NCBI GenBank assembly: GCA_965228475.1
Contig: OZ245817.1
Coordinates: 544,001 to 608,000 of the forward strand
Direction: 5' to 3'
Source of the DNA: Myxococcota bacterium
Lineage (GTDB): Bacteria > Myxococcota_A > UBA9160 > JAFDDA01
DNA length: 64,000 nucleotides
Shown here in pieces: positions 1 through 9,434 of this stretch (position 1 is the stretch's first letter; the number at the start of each line of letters is the position of its first letter). The notes beneath the pieces were generated by a model. That model ran no database searches. It was given only the letters and a program-made list of their open reading frames with translations, and was not told where the DNA came from. Both the position numbers and the translations under genes were made by a program.

Positions 1-185
1 GTCACGAGGGTCTCGACGCGCAGCGCGCTCGCGCCCGGGAAATGGGTCGTGACCGTGCCGAAGCGGCGGGCGAGGGTCGGGTCCTCCTGGCGTGGGAGAC
101 TCTGGAGTGCGGCGAGGCCGGCGACGAGGATCAGACCGAGGGCCAGGACCGTGAGCCGGGGGTTGCGGTAGAAGAGGTCGTTCAC
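1..185 (-). CDS. RND efflux transporter permease subunit (AcrB/AcrD/AcrF family), N-terminal part; runs off the window edge
   Basis: A GTG at 185 overlaps the upstream TGA (GTGA). My translation is MNDLFYRNPRLTVLALGLILVAGLAALQSLPRQEDPTLARRFGTVTTHFPGASALRVETLV, a typical AcrB N-terminus (TM1, LPxxEDP, PGAS). Not in the ORF track. Confidence 0.85.
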   Translation of the reverse strand, partial: MNDLFYRNPRLTVLALGLILVAGLAALQSLPRQEDPTLARRFGTVTTHFPGASALRVETLV

Positions 186-1411
186 GGCGTCATCCCGGCG
201 GCGCGCGCTTCCGTCTCCTTCGCTTCCGACCTGGCTCGGCCTGGCTCGGGTTCGCCCTCGATCCGTCTCACCCGCTGGCCCGGCACGAGCCGGTGGAGCC
301 CCGAAGCCACCACCCACTCCCCGTCCGTGAGCGTCCCGCGCACGAAGACGCGGTCGGCCTCGGCGTGGATGACCTCGAGCGTGCGCCGGGAGACGCGCAG
401 GTTCCCGGGCCGGTCCCCTTCGAGGGCGAAGGCGGACCAGAGCCCGCGGCGGCTCTCCGTGAGCGCCGAGATCGGCAGCCAGAAGCCGCGGCCGGGGTGC
501 TCGGTTTCGATGGCGACGCGCGCGAGCTCGCCGTCCCGCACGCCGGCCGGCCCGTCCTCGAAGCGGAAGACGGCGGTGACCGTGCGCGTGTCGGTCTCGA
601 CGGTTTCGAGCAGCGCGTGGAGCCGCGCCGGGTGCATCGCGCCGGCGACCTCCAGCTCGTGCACGGTCCCGGCCGAGAGCCCGGCGGCGACCTCGGGCGG
701 CAGACCGACGCGCACCTCGAGGACGCCGTCCTCGACGAGGGTCAGGAGGTGCTGGCCCGGGGAGACCACCGTGCCCTCGTCGGCGCTGCGGGCGGTGATG
801 CTTCCGGCGTAGGGGGCGACCAGGTTCGAGAGGTCGAGCGCCACGTCGACGCTCGTCCGGGCGCTCCGCGTGGCGGCGATGTCGGCGCGGGCCGCCGCGA
901 GCTGGGCGGCGAGCGCCTCCTGCTCGAAGCGCGATTCGTCGAAGCGCTGGGCGGAGATGCTCTCGCGCGCGAGGAGTTCGCGACGCCGCTCGGTGGTGCG
1001 TTCGGCGAGGGAGAGCCGGGCCTCCATCTCCTTCACCCGGGCGCGGCTGGCGGCGACCTGGGCGTCGAGCTCGCGGCGGCGGGCCCGCAGCTCCCGGGCG
1101 TCGAGGCTCGCCAGGCGCTGGCCCGCTTCGACGCGGTCGCCTTCGTCGACCTCGACGGACAGCAGCCGCCCTCCGCGGTCGAAGCCGAGCTCGCTCCGGC
1201 GGCGGGCCACGATGCGGCCCGAGTAGCGCGTGGCCACGCGGTAGCCGTCGAGGGCCGAGACCTCGAGGCCCACCACCGGGAGCCGCAGGCTCCCGGCGTC
1301 TTCCTCGGTGGTCTCCGAGGGGACGGCGGCGGAGGGGCCACGCGCGGTCCACCAGAGCCCGGAGGCGGCGGCGACCGCGACGACGACGAGGCCGATGCGA
1401 AGCAGTTTCAT
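182..1411 (-). CDS. RND efflux periplasmic adaptor (membrane fusion protein)
   Basis: N-terminal TM anchor MKLLRIGLVVVAV, lipoyl half-motifs (GGRLLSVEVDEGDRVEAGQRLA; LVAPYAGSITARSADEG), coiled-coil hairpin. Lies directly upstream of the AcrB-like gene. Confidence 0.9.
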   Translation of the reverse strand: MKLLRIGLVVVAVAAASGLWWTARGPSAAVPSETTEEDAGSLRLPVVGLEVSALDGYRVATRYSGRIVARRRSELGFDRGGRLLSVEVDEGDRVEAGQRLASLDARELRARRRELDAQVAASRARVKEMEARLSLAERTTERRRELLARESISAQRFDESRFEQEALAAQLAAARADIAATRSARTSVDVALDLSNLVAPYAGSITARSADEGTVVSPGQHLLTLVEDGVLEVRVGLPPEVAAGLSAGTVHELEVAGAMHPARLHALLETVETDTRTVTAVFRFEDGPAGVRDGELARVAIETEHPGRGFWLPISALTESRRGLWSAFALEGDRPGNLRVSRRTLEVIHAEADRVFVRGTLTDGEWVVASGLHRLVPGQRVRRIEGEPEPGRARSEAKETEARAAGMTP

Positions 1412-1531
1412 CTGGATTCTCCTACAGCGAGCGACGTGGGCGCGGCGCCGCGCAGGAAGGCGAAGTACGTAGGGGCCGGGATCACCGGGATTCGGCTCCG
1501 GCGAGCGCCGTGGGTGCGGCGCCGCGCAGGA
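1408..1531. repeat. Imperfect 50-bp direct repeat (1408-1457 and 1482-1531) duplicating the 3' end of the TetR gene
   Basis: 42/50 identical by manual alignment. The copies encode LRGAAPTSLAVGESR* and LRGAAPTALAGAESR*. Confidence 0.8.
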
Positions 1532-2108
1532 CGACATCGATGGCCGGCTCGACGAGCTCGTCGAAGGACCGCCCGTTCTGGAGTTTGTTCGACAGATGCA
1601 GCGTGACCAGTCCGTGCAGGCCGACCCAGCACAGGTGGGCGATGGTCAGCGGGTCACCGACCAGGCTGCCCTCGCGCACGCAGCGTTCGGTGACCTCGAG
1701 GAGCGGCCGCCAGCAGCGGTCGAGGTTCTCGAGCCGGGCGGTCTCGTCGGACTCGAGATGGTCGATCTCGAACATGATCCGGTAGGCGTGCGGCTCCTTG
1801 ACGGCGAAATCGAGGTAGCCCCGGCCGCCGGCGCGCAGCTGCTCGAGGGCCGGGAGCCCCTCGGTCGCCTCGTAGACGACCTGCATGTGGTCGCCAAAGC
1901 GGTCGAAGGCGGCCCGGCGGACGGCGGCGAAGATCTCGTCCTTGTTCTGGAAATAGCGGTAGGGGGTCATGGCGCTCACGCCGAGGGCCCGGGCCATCCC
2001 GCGCAGGGTCACGCCCTCGTAGCCGGACTCGGCGAACTGGCGGGTGGCGACGTCGCAGAGTTCGGTGCGGAAGCTCTCGATCTCGTCCTGGCTGAGGGTT
2101 CGCGGCAT
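1482..2108 (-). CDS. TetR/AcrR family transcriptional regulator (WHG-type C-terminal domain)
   Basis: HTH FAESGYEGVTLRGMARALGVSAMTPYRYFQNKDEI; C-terminal CWVGLHGLVTL. Confidence 0.92.
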   Translation of the reverse strand: MPRTLSQDEIESFRTELCDVATRQFAESGYEGVTLRGMARALGVSAMTPYRYFQNKDEIFAAVRRAAFDRFGDHMQVVYEATEGLPALEQLRAGGRGYLDFAVKEPHAYRIMFEIDHLESDETARLENLDRCWRPLLEVTERCVREGSLVGDPLTIAHLCWVGLHGLVTLHLSNKLQNGRSFDELVEPAIDVVLRGAAPTALAGAESR

Positions 2109-2119
2109 GGCTGTACATT

Positions 2120-2139
2120 ACATCGTAAATTTACGGTGT
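2120..2139. promoter_or_regulatory. Palindromic putative TetR operator
   Basis: ACATCGTAAATTTACGGTGT is a 20-bp palindrome with one mismatch, in the AT-rich divergent region just upstream of the tetR start. Confidence 0.7.
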
Positions 2140-2241
2140 CCACTGGAGGTAGAACACGTTCTAAAAAAGATGCAGCGCGGGGCCGTCTGACGCATGATGG
2201 GGCCATGCACGGGCTGCACAGAGCGTGAGGACGAGCCGGTC

Positions 2242-3288
2242 ATGACCTGGCGCGTGATCCAGTGGGCGACCGGCGGCGTCGGCCGCGCCGCGATCGAGGG
2301 CGTGGCGGCCCACCCGGAGCTCGATCTCGTGGGCTGCTGGGTCCACTCGGAAGAGAAGGAAGGGCGCGACGCCGGGGAACTCGCCGGAATCGCGCCCCTC
2401 GGCGTGGCCGCCACCCGGGACGCCGACGCGCTCGTCGCCCTCGAAGCCGACTGCGTCGTCTACAGCCCGGTCCTCGCGAATCCCGAGGAGGTCTGCCGCC
2501 TGCTCGCCTCGGGCAAGAACGTCGTGACGCCGCTCGGCTGGTTCTTCCCGGCGGCGGGCCCGGACACGCGCGAGGTCGAGGCCGCCTGCCGCGCGGGCGG
2601 ATCCACGCTGCACGGCACCGGCATCCACCCGGGCGGGATCACCGAGCGGTTCCCGCTGATGGCGTCGGCCCTCGCGCGCAACGTGCGGCACGTGCGCGCC
2701 GAGGAGTTTTCGGACCTGCGCAACTACCCCGCCGAGTTCGTCGTGCGCGAGGTCATGCAGTTCGGGAAGCCGCCCGAGCAGGCGGCGACGAGCCCCATGC
2801 TCGGCCTCCTCGGCGGGGGGTTCGGCCAGTCCATCGACATGGTGGCCGCGGGGCTCGGGATGAAGCTCGATGCCGAGAAGCGCACCCGCCACGAGATGGC
2901 GGTGGCGACCGAGCGGATCGAAACGCCCGTCGGGCCTCTCGAGCCCGGTACGGTCGCGGCCCAGCGCTTCACCTGGGAGGGCACGGTCGCGGGCCGGGCC
3001 GTCGTCACGGTGCGCACGAACTGGCTGATGGGCGAGGAGCACCTCGACCCGCCGTGGCGGCTCGGGGAGGAGCGCTTCGAGATCGAGCTCGATGCCGACC
3101 CGCCCGTCTCGCTGACGTTCCACGGCCTGCACCCGCCCGAGCTCGGCAAGGACCTCGACCGCAACCCGGGGATCGCGGCCACCGCCATGCACTGCGTGAA
3201 CGCGGTGCCCTACGTGTGCGCGGCCGACCCCGGCATCAAGACCTACCTGGACCTGCCGCTCGTCTGCGGGCGCGCGGCGGCCGACTGA
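2242..3288 (+). CDS. NAD(P)-dependent dehydrogenase of the 2,4-diaminopentanoate/amine dehydrogenase-like family (often labelled dihydrodipicolinate reductase)
   Basis: RVIQWATGGVG Rossmann start, GKNVVT, STLHGTGIHPG, C-terminal TAMHCVNAVPYVCAADPGI. Start chosen at MTWRV behind a GAGG SD. Confidence 0.75.
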   Translation: MTWRVIQWATGGVGRAAIEGVAAHPELDLVGCWVHSEEKEGRDAGELAGIAPLGVAATRDADALVALEADCVVYSPVLANPEEVCRLLASGKNVVTPLGWFFPAAGPDTREVEAACRAGGSTLHGTGIHPGGITERFPLMASALARNVRHVRAEEFSDLRNYPAEFVVREVMQFGKPPEQAATSPMLGLLGGGFGQSIDMVAAGLGMKLDAEKRTRHEMAVATERIETPVGPLEPGTVAAQRFTWEGTVAGRAVVTVRTNWLMGEEHLDPPWRLGEERFEIELDADPPVSLTFHGLHPPELGKDLDRNPGIAATAMHCVNAVPYVCAADPGIKTYLDLPLVCGRAAAD

Positions 3289-3298
3289 AAGGAACGAC

Positions 3299-4279
3299 AT
3301 GGCCCTGAGCCTCCTTCGCCTCGACATGCGCGCCCCGGACTTCTCCCCCGCGAGCGCCCGCGACCTCTACGCCGCCGCCCTCGAGATGTCGACGTACTGC
3401 GACCAGAACGGCTTCGACTCGATCGTGCTCTCGGAGCATCACGGGACGGACGACGGGTTCCTGCCGGCGCCGCTGGCCTTCGCGGGCTGCGTGCTCGGCC
3501 GCACCGAGCGGATCCGCGTCGGCATCGCGGCGCTCCTCCTGCCGCTCCACGATCCGATCCGGGTGGCCGAGGATCTCGCCGTGCTCGACCTCGCGAGCGG
3601 CGGCCGCATCGGCATCACCGCGGGCATGGGCTACCGCGAGGCCGAGTACGACATGTTCGGCAAGGATTGGAAGGGGCGCGGGAAGCTCTTCGACGAGTGC
3701 CTCGAAGCGCTCCAGGCGTGCTGGAGTGGCGAGCCCTTCGAGTGGCAGGGGCGCCAGGTGCGCCTCTCGCCGCGGCCGTTCACCGAGCCGCATCCGCCGG
3801 TCTTCGTCGGCGGCATGGCGAAGAACGCCGCGCGGCGGGCCGCCCGGTTCGGCTTGCCCTTCCAGCCCGGCTCGAACAACGAGGAAGCGAACGCGCTGTA
3901 CAAGAGCGAGTGCGAACGGCTCGGGAAGATGCCGGTCCTGCTGCCGCCGGGGGAGACGGAGCTGCTCGTGGTGGCCGAGGACGTCGACGAGGCCTGGGAA
4001 CGGGTCGGCCCGTACCTGCTCCACGACGCCGTGACCTACGCGTCCTGGCAGCCTTCGAGTCAGCGCTCCGCGGTCCACTCGGACGCGAAGACGATCGACG
4101 AGCTGCGGGCCGAGGGCCGCTACGTCGTGAAGTCGCCGGAAGAGTGCATCGAGTGGGGGCGGGAGAAGGGGGCCTTCGCGCCCTTCGTCCTCTACCCGCT
4201 CTGCGGTGGGACCCCGCCCGAAGAAGGCTGGAAGAGCCTGAAGCTCTACACCGAGAAGGTGCTGCCGAACGTTCCCTAG
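3299..4279 (+). CDS. LLM-class flavin-dependent oxidoreductase
   Basis: SEHHGTDDGFLPAP, RTERIRVG, LPLHDPIRVAEDLAVLDLASGGR, GMGYR. Confidence 0.92.
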   Translation: MALSLLRLDMRAPDFSPASARDLYAAALEMSTYCDQNGFDSIVLSEHHGTDDGFLPAPLAFAGCVLGRTERIRVGIAALLLPLHDPIRVAEDLAVLDLASGGRIGITAGMGYREAEYDMFGKDWKGRGKLFDECLEALQACWSGEPFEWQGRQVRLSPRPFTEPHPPVFVGGMAKNAARRAARFGLPFQPGSNNEEANALYKSECERLGKMPVLLPPGETELLVVAEDVDEAWERVGPYLLHDAVTYASWQPSSQRSAVHSDAKTIDELRAEGRYVVKSPEECIEWGREKGAFAPFVLYPLCGGTPPEEGWKSLKLYTEKVLPNVP

Positions 4280-4285
4280 GCCTGG

Positions 4286-5071
4286 CTAGTCCCGGTACAG
4301 CTCGCCGGCGTTCACCATGAGCGTCTCGCCGGTGATCATGCGCGCGCGGTCCGAGCAGAAGAACACCACGGCCTCGGCGACGTCCTCGTCGGCCGGGATC
4401 TCGTCGAGGGCCATGTTGTCCGTGATCTCGCGCTTCACGACGTCGGCTTCGACGCCGCGCTCCTTCGCCTGCCAGTTCACGTAGAGCTCGACCATCGGGC
4501 CCCACATCCAGGTCGGGATCACCATGTTCACGCGGATCTTCTTCGGTCCGAGCTCTTCGGCCATGTGGTACATGCTGGAGAGCAGGGCGCCCTTGGCCGC
4601 CGCGTAGGCGATCTGCGGCATCTTCGGCGGAAGCCACATCGCCTGGGAGCCGATCAGGACGATCGAGCCGCCGCCGCGGGCGGCCAGGTGCGGTACCGCG
4701 GCACGGGCCACGCTCATCGTGCCGATCACGTTCATGTCGAGGGATCGCTTCCAGTCTTCGGGTTCGGTGGTCTCGAGCGTGCCGAAGATCGAATCGAGCG
4801 CGGCCACGTTCACCACGGCGTCGATCCCGCCGAAGCGCGCGACCGCGGCGTCCATCAGCGCTCCACAGCCAGTCGGGTCGGTGATGTCGATCGCCTTCGG
4901 CAGGATCCGTTCGCCCGTCGGGTCGAGGGCCTTCGCCGCCTCGGCGAGTTTGTCCTCGCTGCGCGCCGCGATGGCGACGTTCGCGCCGTCGCGCAGCGCG
5001 CAGGCCGCGATCTCACGCCCGAGACCCGGGCCCACTCCCGTCACCACCACCGTCTTGCCTTCGAGAATCAC
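4286..5071 (-). CDS. Short-chain dehydrogenase/reductase
   Basis: TGVGPGLG, catalytic YAAAK. GTG start at 5071 behind a GAGGGAG SD; alternative ATG at 5098. Confidence 0.9.
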   Translation of the reverse strand: MILEGKTVVVTGVGPGLGREIAACALRDGANVAIAARSEDKLAEAAKALDPTGERILPKAIDITDPTGCGALMDAAVARFGGIDAVVNVAALDSIFGTLETTEPEDWKRSLDMNVIGTMSVARAAVPHLAARGGGSIVLIGSQAMWLPPKMPQIAYAAAKGALLSSMYHMAEELGPKKIRVNMVIPTWMWGPMVELYVNWQAKERGVEADVVKREITDNMALDEIPADEDVAEAVVFFCSDRARMITGETLMVNAGELYRD

Positions 5072-5137
5072 GCGCACTCCCTCTTGGATGGCGGCCATGA
5101 TACCCGCCCCGCCGTTGGATCTTGCTAGCTTTCCGAG

Positions 5138-6169
5138 GTGCCCGCGGTCCCCGGCGCACAGCCCTGGGTCAAGCTTCCGGACGAGGCGCTGCTCGACTGG
5201 CGCCTCTGCGACCTCGGCCTGCAGGTCGCGGGAACCGCCCTCGAGGGGCGCATCGAACGGCTCTACCAGGAACTCGCGCGCGCCGGGCTGCGCTTCCGCC
5301 CGTACGTCTGGCTCTCCACGGACTGGTTCACGCCGGACGGCCACACGGGCTTCGCCGTTCCGTTCTACCTCGCCCATCCGCGCCTGGCGCACCTCGAGCG
5401 GAGGCAGATGTACGCCGTCGAGGGGGGCAACGCCGATGCCTGCATGCGGCTCCTCCGGCACGAGACCGGCCACGCGATCGACAACGCCTATCGACTGCAC
5501 TGGCGAAAGCGCTGGCGGGAAACCTTCGGCCCCGCGAGCCAGCCCTACCGCTGGAGCTACGTCCCGGACCCGGAGAGCACCCGCCACGTGATCAACCTCG
5601 AGAACTGGTACGCCCAGAGCCATCCGATCGAGGACTTCGCCGAGACCTTCGCCATCTGGCTGCGGCCGGGCGAGCGCTGGAAGACCCGCTACGCGAAGTG
5701 GCCGGAGGCCCTGCGCAAGATCCACTTCGTCCGCGACCTGATGGGGACGATCTCCCGGGAGAAGCCGCGGCTTCGCACCCGCGCGAGGCCGGACTCGCTC
5801 GGCTCGCTCCGCCTCACGCTGCGCGAGTACTACCAGCAGAAGCAGGCCTTCTACGGCGACCACGACCGCTCGGTCTACGACCGCGAGCTTCTCCGTCTGT
5901 TCTCCGACGAGACGGCGCATCGAAAACGCCGGGCCGCCGCCGCGCTGCTGCGCGAGTACCGGACGGAGCTTCGCTCCCGCGTCACGGCCTGGACGGGGCA
6001 GTACGCCTTCGTCGTCGACGAAGTGCTCCAGCAGATGACCCTGCGGGCGCGCGAGCTGCGCCTGCGGGTCGCGTACTCGGAGCGCGAGACGGTCCAGGAC
6101 GCGGCGATCGTGCTCACCGTCCACACGATGCGCCACATGCGGCGCGGCCATCAGGAGTACCAGCGTTGA
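5138..6169 (+). CDS. Putative zinc-binding metallopeptidase (zincin)
   Basis: HExxH motif LLRHETGHAIDNAY with downstream YAQSHPIEDFAETFA. Confidence 0.8.
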   Translation: MPAVPGAQPWVKLPDEALLDWRLCDLGLQVAGTALEGRIERLYQELARAGLRFRPYVWLSTDWFTPDGHTGFAVPFYLAHPRLAHLERRQMYAVEGGNADACMRLLRHETGHAIDNAYRLHWRKRWRETFGPASQPYRWSYVPDPESTRHVINLENWYAQSHPIEDFAETFAIWLRPGERWKTRYAKWPEALRKIHFVRDLMGTISREKPRLRTRARPDSLGSLRLTLREYYQQKQAFYGDHDRSVYDRELLRLFSDETAHRKRRAAAALLREYRTELRSRVTAWTGQYAFVVDEVLQQMTLRARELRLRVAYSERETVQDAAIVLTVHTMRHMRRGHQEYQR

Positions 6170-6188
6170 AGCGTCGGCGGACCGTGTC

Positions 6189-7214
6189 GTGAAGAAGCTG
6201 CGGGTCGTTCTGCTCTGTCACGAGGATCTCGTTCCGCCGAACGAGGCGCCCGCGGACTACGCGGATGCCATCTACGACTGGCAGGCGGAGTTCGACGTCT
6301 CCGCCGCGCTGCGCGAGCTCGGCCACGAGGTCCAGGTCCTCGGCGTCTCCGACGACGTCCTGCCGATCCGTCAGTGCGTCTCGGGCTTCGAGCCCGACGC
6401 CGTCTTCAACCAGCTCGTCGAGCTGCGCGACGTCGGCGCCTTCGCCGTCCACGTGGTGAGCTACCTCGAGCTGCTCGGCGTTCCCTATACCGGCTGCAAC
6501 CCCCAGGGCCTCCTGCTCGCCCGGGACAAGGCGCTCTGCAAGAAGATCCTCCGCTACCACCGCATCCCGACGCCGGCCTTCCGGGTCTTCCCGCTCGGCC
6601 GCCGCGTCCGGATCCCAGCGCGCCTGCCGTACCCGATGATCGTGAAGTCCCTCGACGAGGAGGCGTCCCGGGGGCTTTCCCAGGCCTCGATCGTGCACGA
6701 CGAGGCGGCGCTGGCCGAACGCATCGCCTTCGTGCATCGCAACGTCGGGACGGCGGCGATCGCCGAGGAGTACGTGGAGGGCCGGGAGATCACCGTCGCG
6801 GTGCTCGGGAACGAACGGCTGAAGACCTTCCCGGTCTGGGAGATGAGCTTCGCCAACCTGCCCGAGGGAACCGAGCCGATCGCGACCGAACGCGTGAAGT
6901 GGGACCGCGCCTACCAGAAGAAGCTCGGCGTCACGATCGGCGCGGCGAAGATCCCCGAGGACGTCGCGAAGCGCATCGCCCGCATCGCACGGCGGAGCTA
7001 CCGCGCGCTCCAGCTCTCGGGCTACGCCCGGCTCGATCTCCGCGTCACGCCGGACGGCCGGGTCTACGTGATCGAGGCGAACCCGAACCCGGACCTCTCG
7101 AACGACGAAGACTTCGCGCTTTCGGCGAAGCACGACGGGATTCCGTATCCGAAGCTGATCCAACGGATCGTGCGCCTGGGCCTCGGCTATCAGGCCCCCG
7201 GCCGGGTACGCTAG
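6189..7214 (+). CDS. ATP-grasp amide ligase, D-Ala-D-Ala ligase-like but atypical
   Basis: LELLGVPYTG, RDKALCK, YPMIVK, EEYVEGREITV, YARLDLR, IEANPNP. Lacks the canonical Ddl N-terminal GGxSxE motif. Confidence 0.85.
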   Translation: MKKLRVVLLCHEDLVPPNEAPADYADAIYDWQAEFDVSAALRELGHEVQVLGVSDDVLPIRQCVSGFEPDAVFNQLVELRDVGAFAVHVVSYLELLGVPYTGCNPQGLLLARDKALCKKILRYHRIPTPAFRVFPLGRRVRIPARLPYPMIVKSLDEEASRGLSQASIVHDEAALAERIAFVHRNVGTAAIAEEYVEGREITVAVLGNERLKTFPVWEMSFANLPEGTEPIATERVKWDRAYQKKLGVTIGAAKIPEDVAKRIARIARRSYRALQLSGYARLDLRVTPDGRVYVIEANPNPDLSNDEDFALSAKHDGIPYPKLIQRIVRLGLGYQAPGRVR

Positions 7215-7221
7215 CGCCGTC

Positions 7222-9393
7222 GTGGCACGCTCCGTCACCATCCGCCGCAGCCTGCTGCTGAATCTCGGCCTGCTCGTCGTGGGCCTGTGCGCCGCGATCG
7301 TGGCCGTCACGGTCTATACGGGCCAGCAGATCGTCGGGGTCACCTCGCGCCGCCTGATCGACAGGACGCTCGACCGAGCCGTCTCGGAGCTCGGGATCTT
7401 CTTCGAGCCGGTCGAGCGGAACCTGCGCATGGGGCGTGGCTGGCTCGAAGCCGGAACGCTCGATCCCACCGACGACGCGAGCCTCGACGCCTTCTTCCGC
7501 CCCCTGCTCGAGGCGTACCCGCAGATCTCCTCGGTCAACCTAGGCGACGAAGCGGGCCGCAACTGGATGCTCCTGCGGACGGCGACGGGCTGGTACAGCC
7601 GACGGATCGATCCGCCCGCTTCCGGCGATCAGATCCGCTTCCGCGAGCGGGCGCAAGACGGCAGCCTTCTTCGCGAAGAACGGGTCGACCCTTCCGAGTC
7701 CGAACGCTACGACCCGCGTACGCGGGTCTGGTACCGCATGGCCTGGGACGGCGTGCCGAAGCCCGGCCCCGGCGTCACGCGGCCGGACGGCATCTACTGG
7801 ACCGAGGCCTACGAGTTCTTCACGACGCGCGAGCCCGGCATCACGGCGACCGTGCACGTGGAGACCCCCTCCGGCCGCTGGCTGCTCGCCTTCGACATCC
7901 TGCTCCGTGACCTCTCCGCCTTCACCCAGGAGATCGAGGTGACGCCGAACGGTTTCGTCGGCGTCCTCTCGGCGGACCGCAAGCTGCTCGGGGTCCCCCG
8001 GCTGCCGCAGCTCGCCAATGCGGAGGCGGTCCGGGCCGCACAGCTCAAGCGCCCGGGTGATCTGGGGATCGCCGTGGTCGAAGACGCGATCGCGAACTAC
8101 CAGCGTCTCGACGCGAGCCGCCGGGTCAACGTCGACCCGGTGGGTTCGCTCGAGCGCGGCTGGCTCGACGCGGGCGACTCGATCTTCGCCTTCGAGAGCG
8201 GCGGTGCGCGCTACTGGGCCGACGTGCGGATCATCGTCGTTCCGCCGGACCAGAAGATCCTGGTCGTCGCGAACATCCCGGAGCGGGATCTGCTCGGACC
8301 CATCCGGCAGCTCCGGGCGGGCGTGCTCGCCGTGACGGCGCTCGCCCTGCTCGCCGCCATCGCGAGCGCCTACCTCCTCGCGCGCCGCTACTCGCTTCCC
8401 CTTGCGGCCCTCGCCCGGAGTAGCGCGCGCATCCGCCGCCTCGATCTGCGCGCGGCGGATCGGGTCCAATCGGGCATCACCGAGATCTCCGAGCTCGCCG
8501 GTGCACAGGAGAGCATGCGCACCACCCTCGACGCCTTCTCCCGCTACGTGCCGACCGACGTCGTGCGGGAGCTGGTCGAGCTCGGCGAAGCCGCGCGCAT
8601 CGGCGGGGAGCGCAAGGAGCTCACCGTGATGTTCAGCGACATCGAGGGCTTCACGAAGATCGCCGAGCGCAAGAGCCCCGAAGAGCTCACGCATCATCTC
8701 GCCGGCTACTTCGAGGCCATGCTTTCGATCCTCGACGAGATCGGAACGGTCGACAAGCTCGTCGGCGACGGGATCATGGCCTTCTGGGGCGCACCCCATC
8801 CGGACCCGCACCACGCGCGCCACGCACTCGAGGCCGTGCTCGACTGCGAAGCTCGCCTTGCCGAGCTGAACCGGGCCTGGCAGGCCGAGGGCGAGCCGCC
8901 GCTGCCGACCCGCTTCGGTCTGGCGAGCGGCCCCGCGCTCGTCGGAAACGTCGGCTCCGCGCGACGCCTGAGCTACACGGCCGTCGGCGACGTCGTGAAC
9001 CTCGCGAGCCGGCTCGAGAGCCTGAACCGTGTCTACGGCACCCGGATCCTCGCGGCCGACGGCGTCCGGAAGCACGCGGGAGACCGCTTCGAGTGGCGGA
9101 CGATCGACCGGGTGCGCGTGGTGGGCCGGGATCAATCGGTCGAGATCCACGAGCTCCTCGGCCGGCGCGACGCGGTCCCGGCTCGGCGCCGGCGTTTCGC
9201 CCAGGCCTACGAACGCGCGCTCGCCGCGTACCGGAAGCGGGAGTTCGCGCGGGCGGTCGAGCGGATCGACGCGCTCGAGGACGCTTGGCGTACCGATCTC
9301 TCGGTCGCGCGCCTGCGCACGAGCTGCATGGAGTGCCTCGAGGCCCCGCCGCCCGCCGACTGGGAGCCCATCACCCTGCTCACCCAGAAGTAG
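7222..9393 (+). CDS. Membrane-bound class III adenylate/guanylate cyclase with Cache-like sensor and HAMP region
   Basis: Two TM helices flank an extracellular domain (YDPRTRVWY, WTEAY). Catalytic motifs MFSDIEGFT, DKLVGDG, YTAVGDVVNLASRLE; K/T pattern suggests ATP specificity. Confidence 0.92.
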   Translation: MARSVTIRRSLLLNLGLLVVGLCAAIVAVTVYTGQQIVGVTSRRLIDRTLDRAVSELGIFFEPVERNLRMGRGWLEAGTLDPTDDASLDAFFRPLLEAYPQISSVNLGDEAGRNWMLLRTATGWYSRRIDPPASGDQIRFRERAQDGSLLREERVDPSESERYDPRTRVWYRMAWDGVPKPGPGVTRPDGIYWTEAYEFFTTREPGITATVHVETPSGRWLLAFDILLRDLSAFTQEIEVTPNGFVGVLSADRKLLGVPRLPQLANAEAVRAAQLKRPGDLGIAVVEDAIANYQRLDASRRVNVDPVGSLERGWLDAGDSIFAFESGGARYWADVRIIVVPPDQKILVVANIPERDLLGPIRQLRAGVLAVTALALLAAIASAYLLARRYSLPLAALARSSARIRRLDLRAADRVQSGITEISELAGAQESMRTTLDAFSRYVPTDVVRELVELGEAARIGGERKELTVMFSDIEGFTKIAERKSPEELTHHLAGYFEAMLSILDEIGTVDKLVGDGIMAFWGAPHPDPHHARHALEAVLDCEARLAELNRAWQAEGEPPLPTRFGLASGPALVGNVGSARRLSYTAVGDVVNLASRLESLNRVYGTRILAADGVRKHAGDRFEWRTIDRVRVVGRDQSVEIHELLGRRDAVPARRRRFAQAYERALAAYRKREFARAVERIDALEDAWRTDLSVARLRTSCMECLEAPPPADWEPITLLTQK

Positions 9394-9434
9394 TCCCGCG
9401 GCCGGGGCAAAGCCGGATTGGTAGAATCCGGGAG

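Noticed and set aside
6189..7214. Calling this gene ddl or a van-type resistance ligase
   Set aside because: It lacks the Ddl N-terminal substrate motif and has no cell-wall or van gene context.
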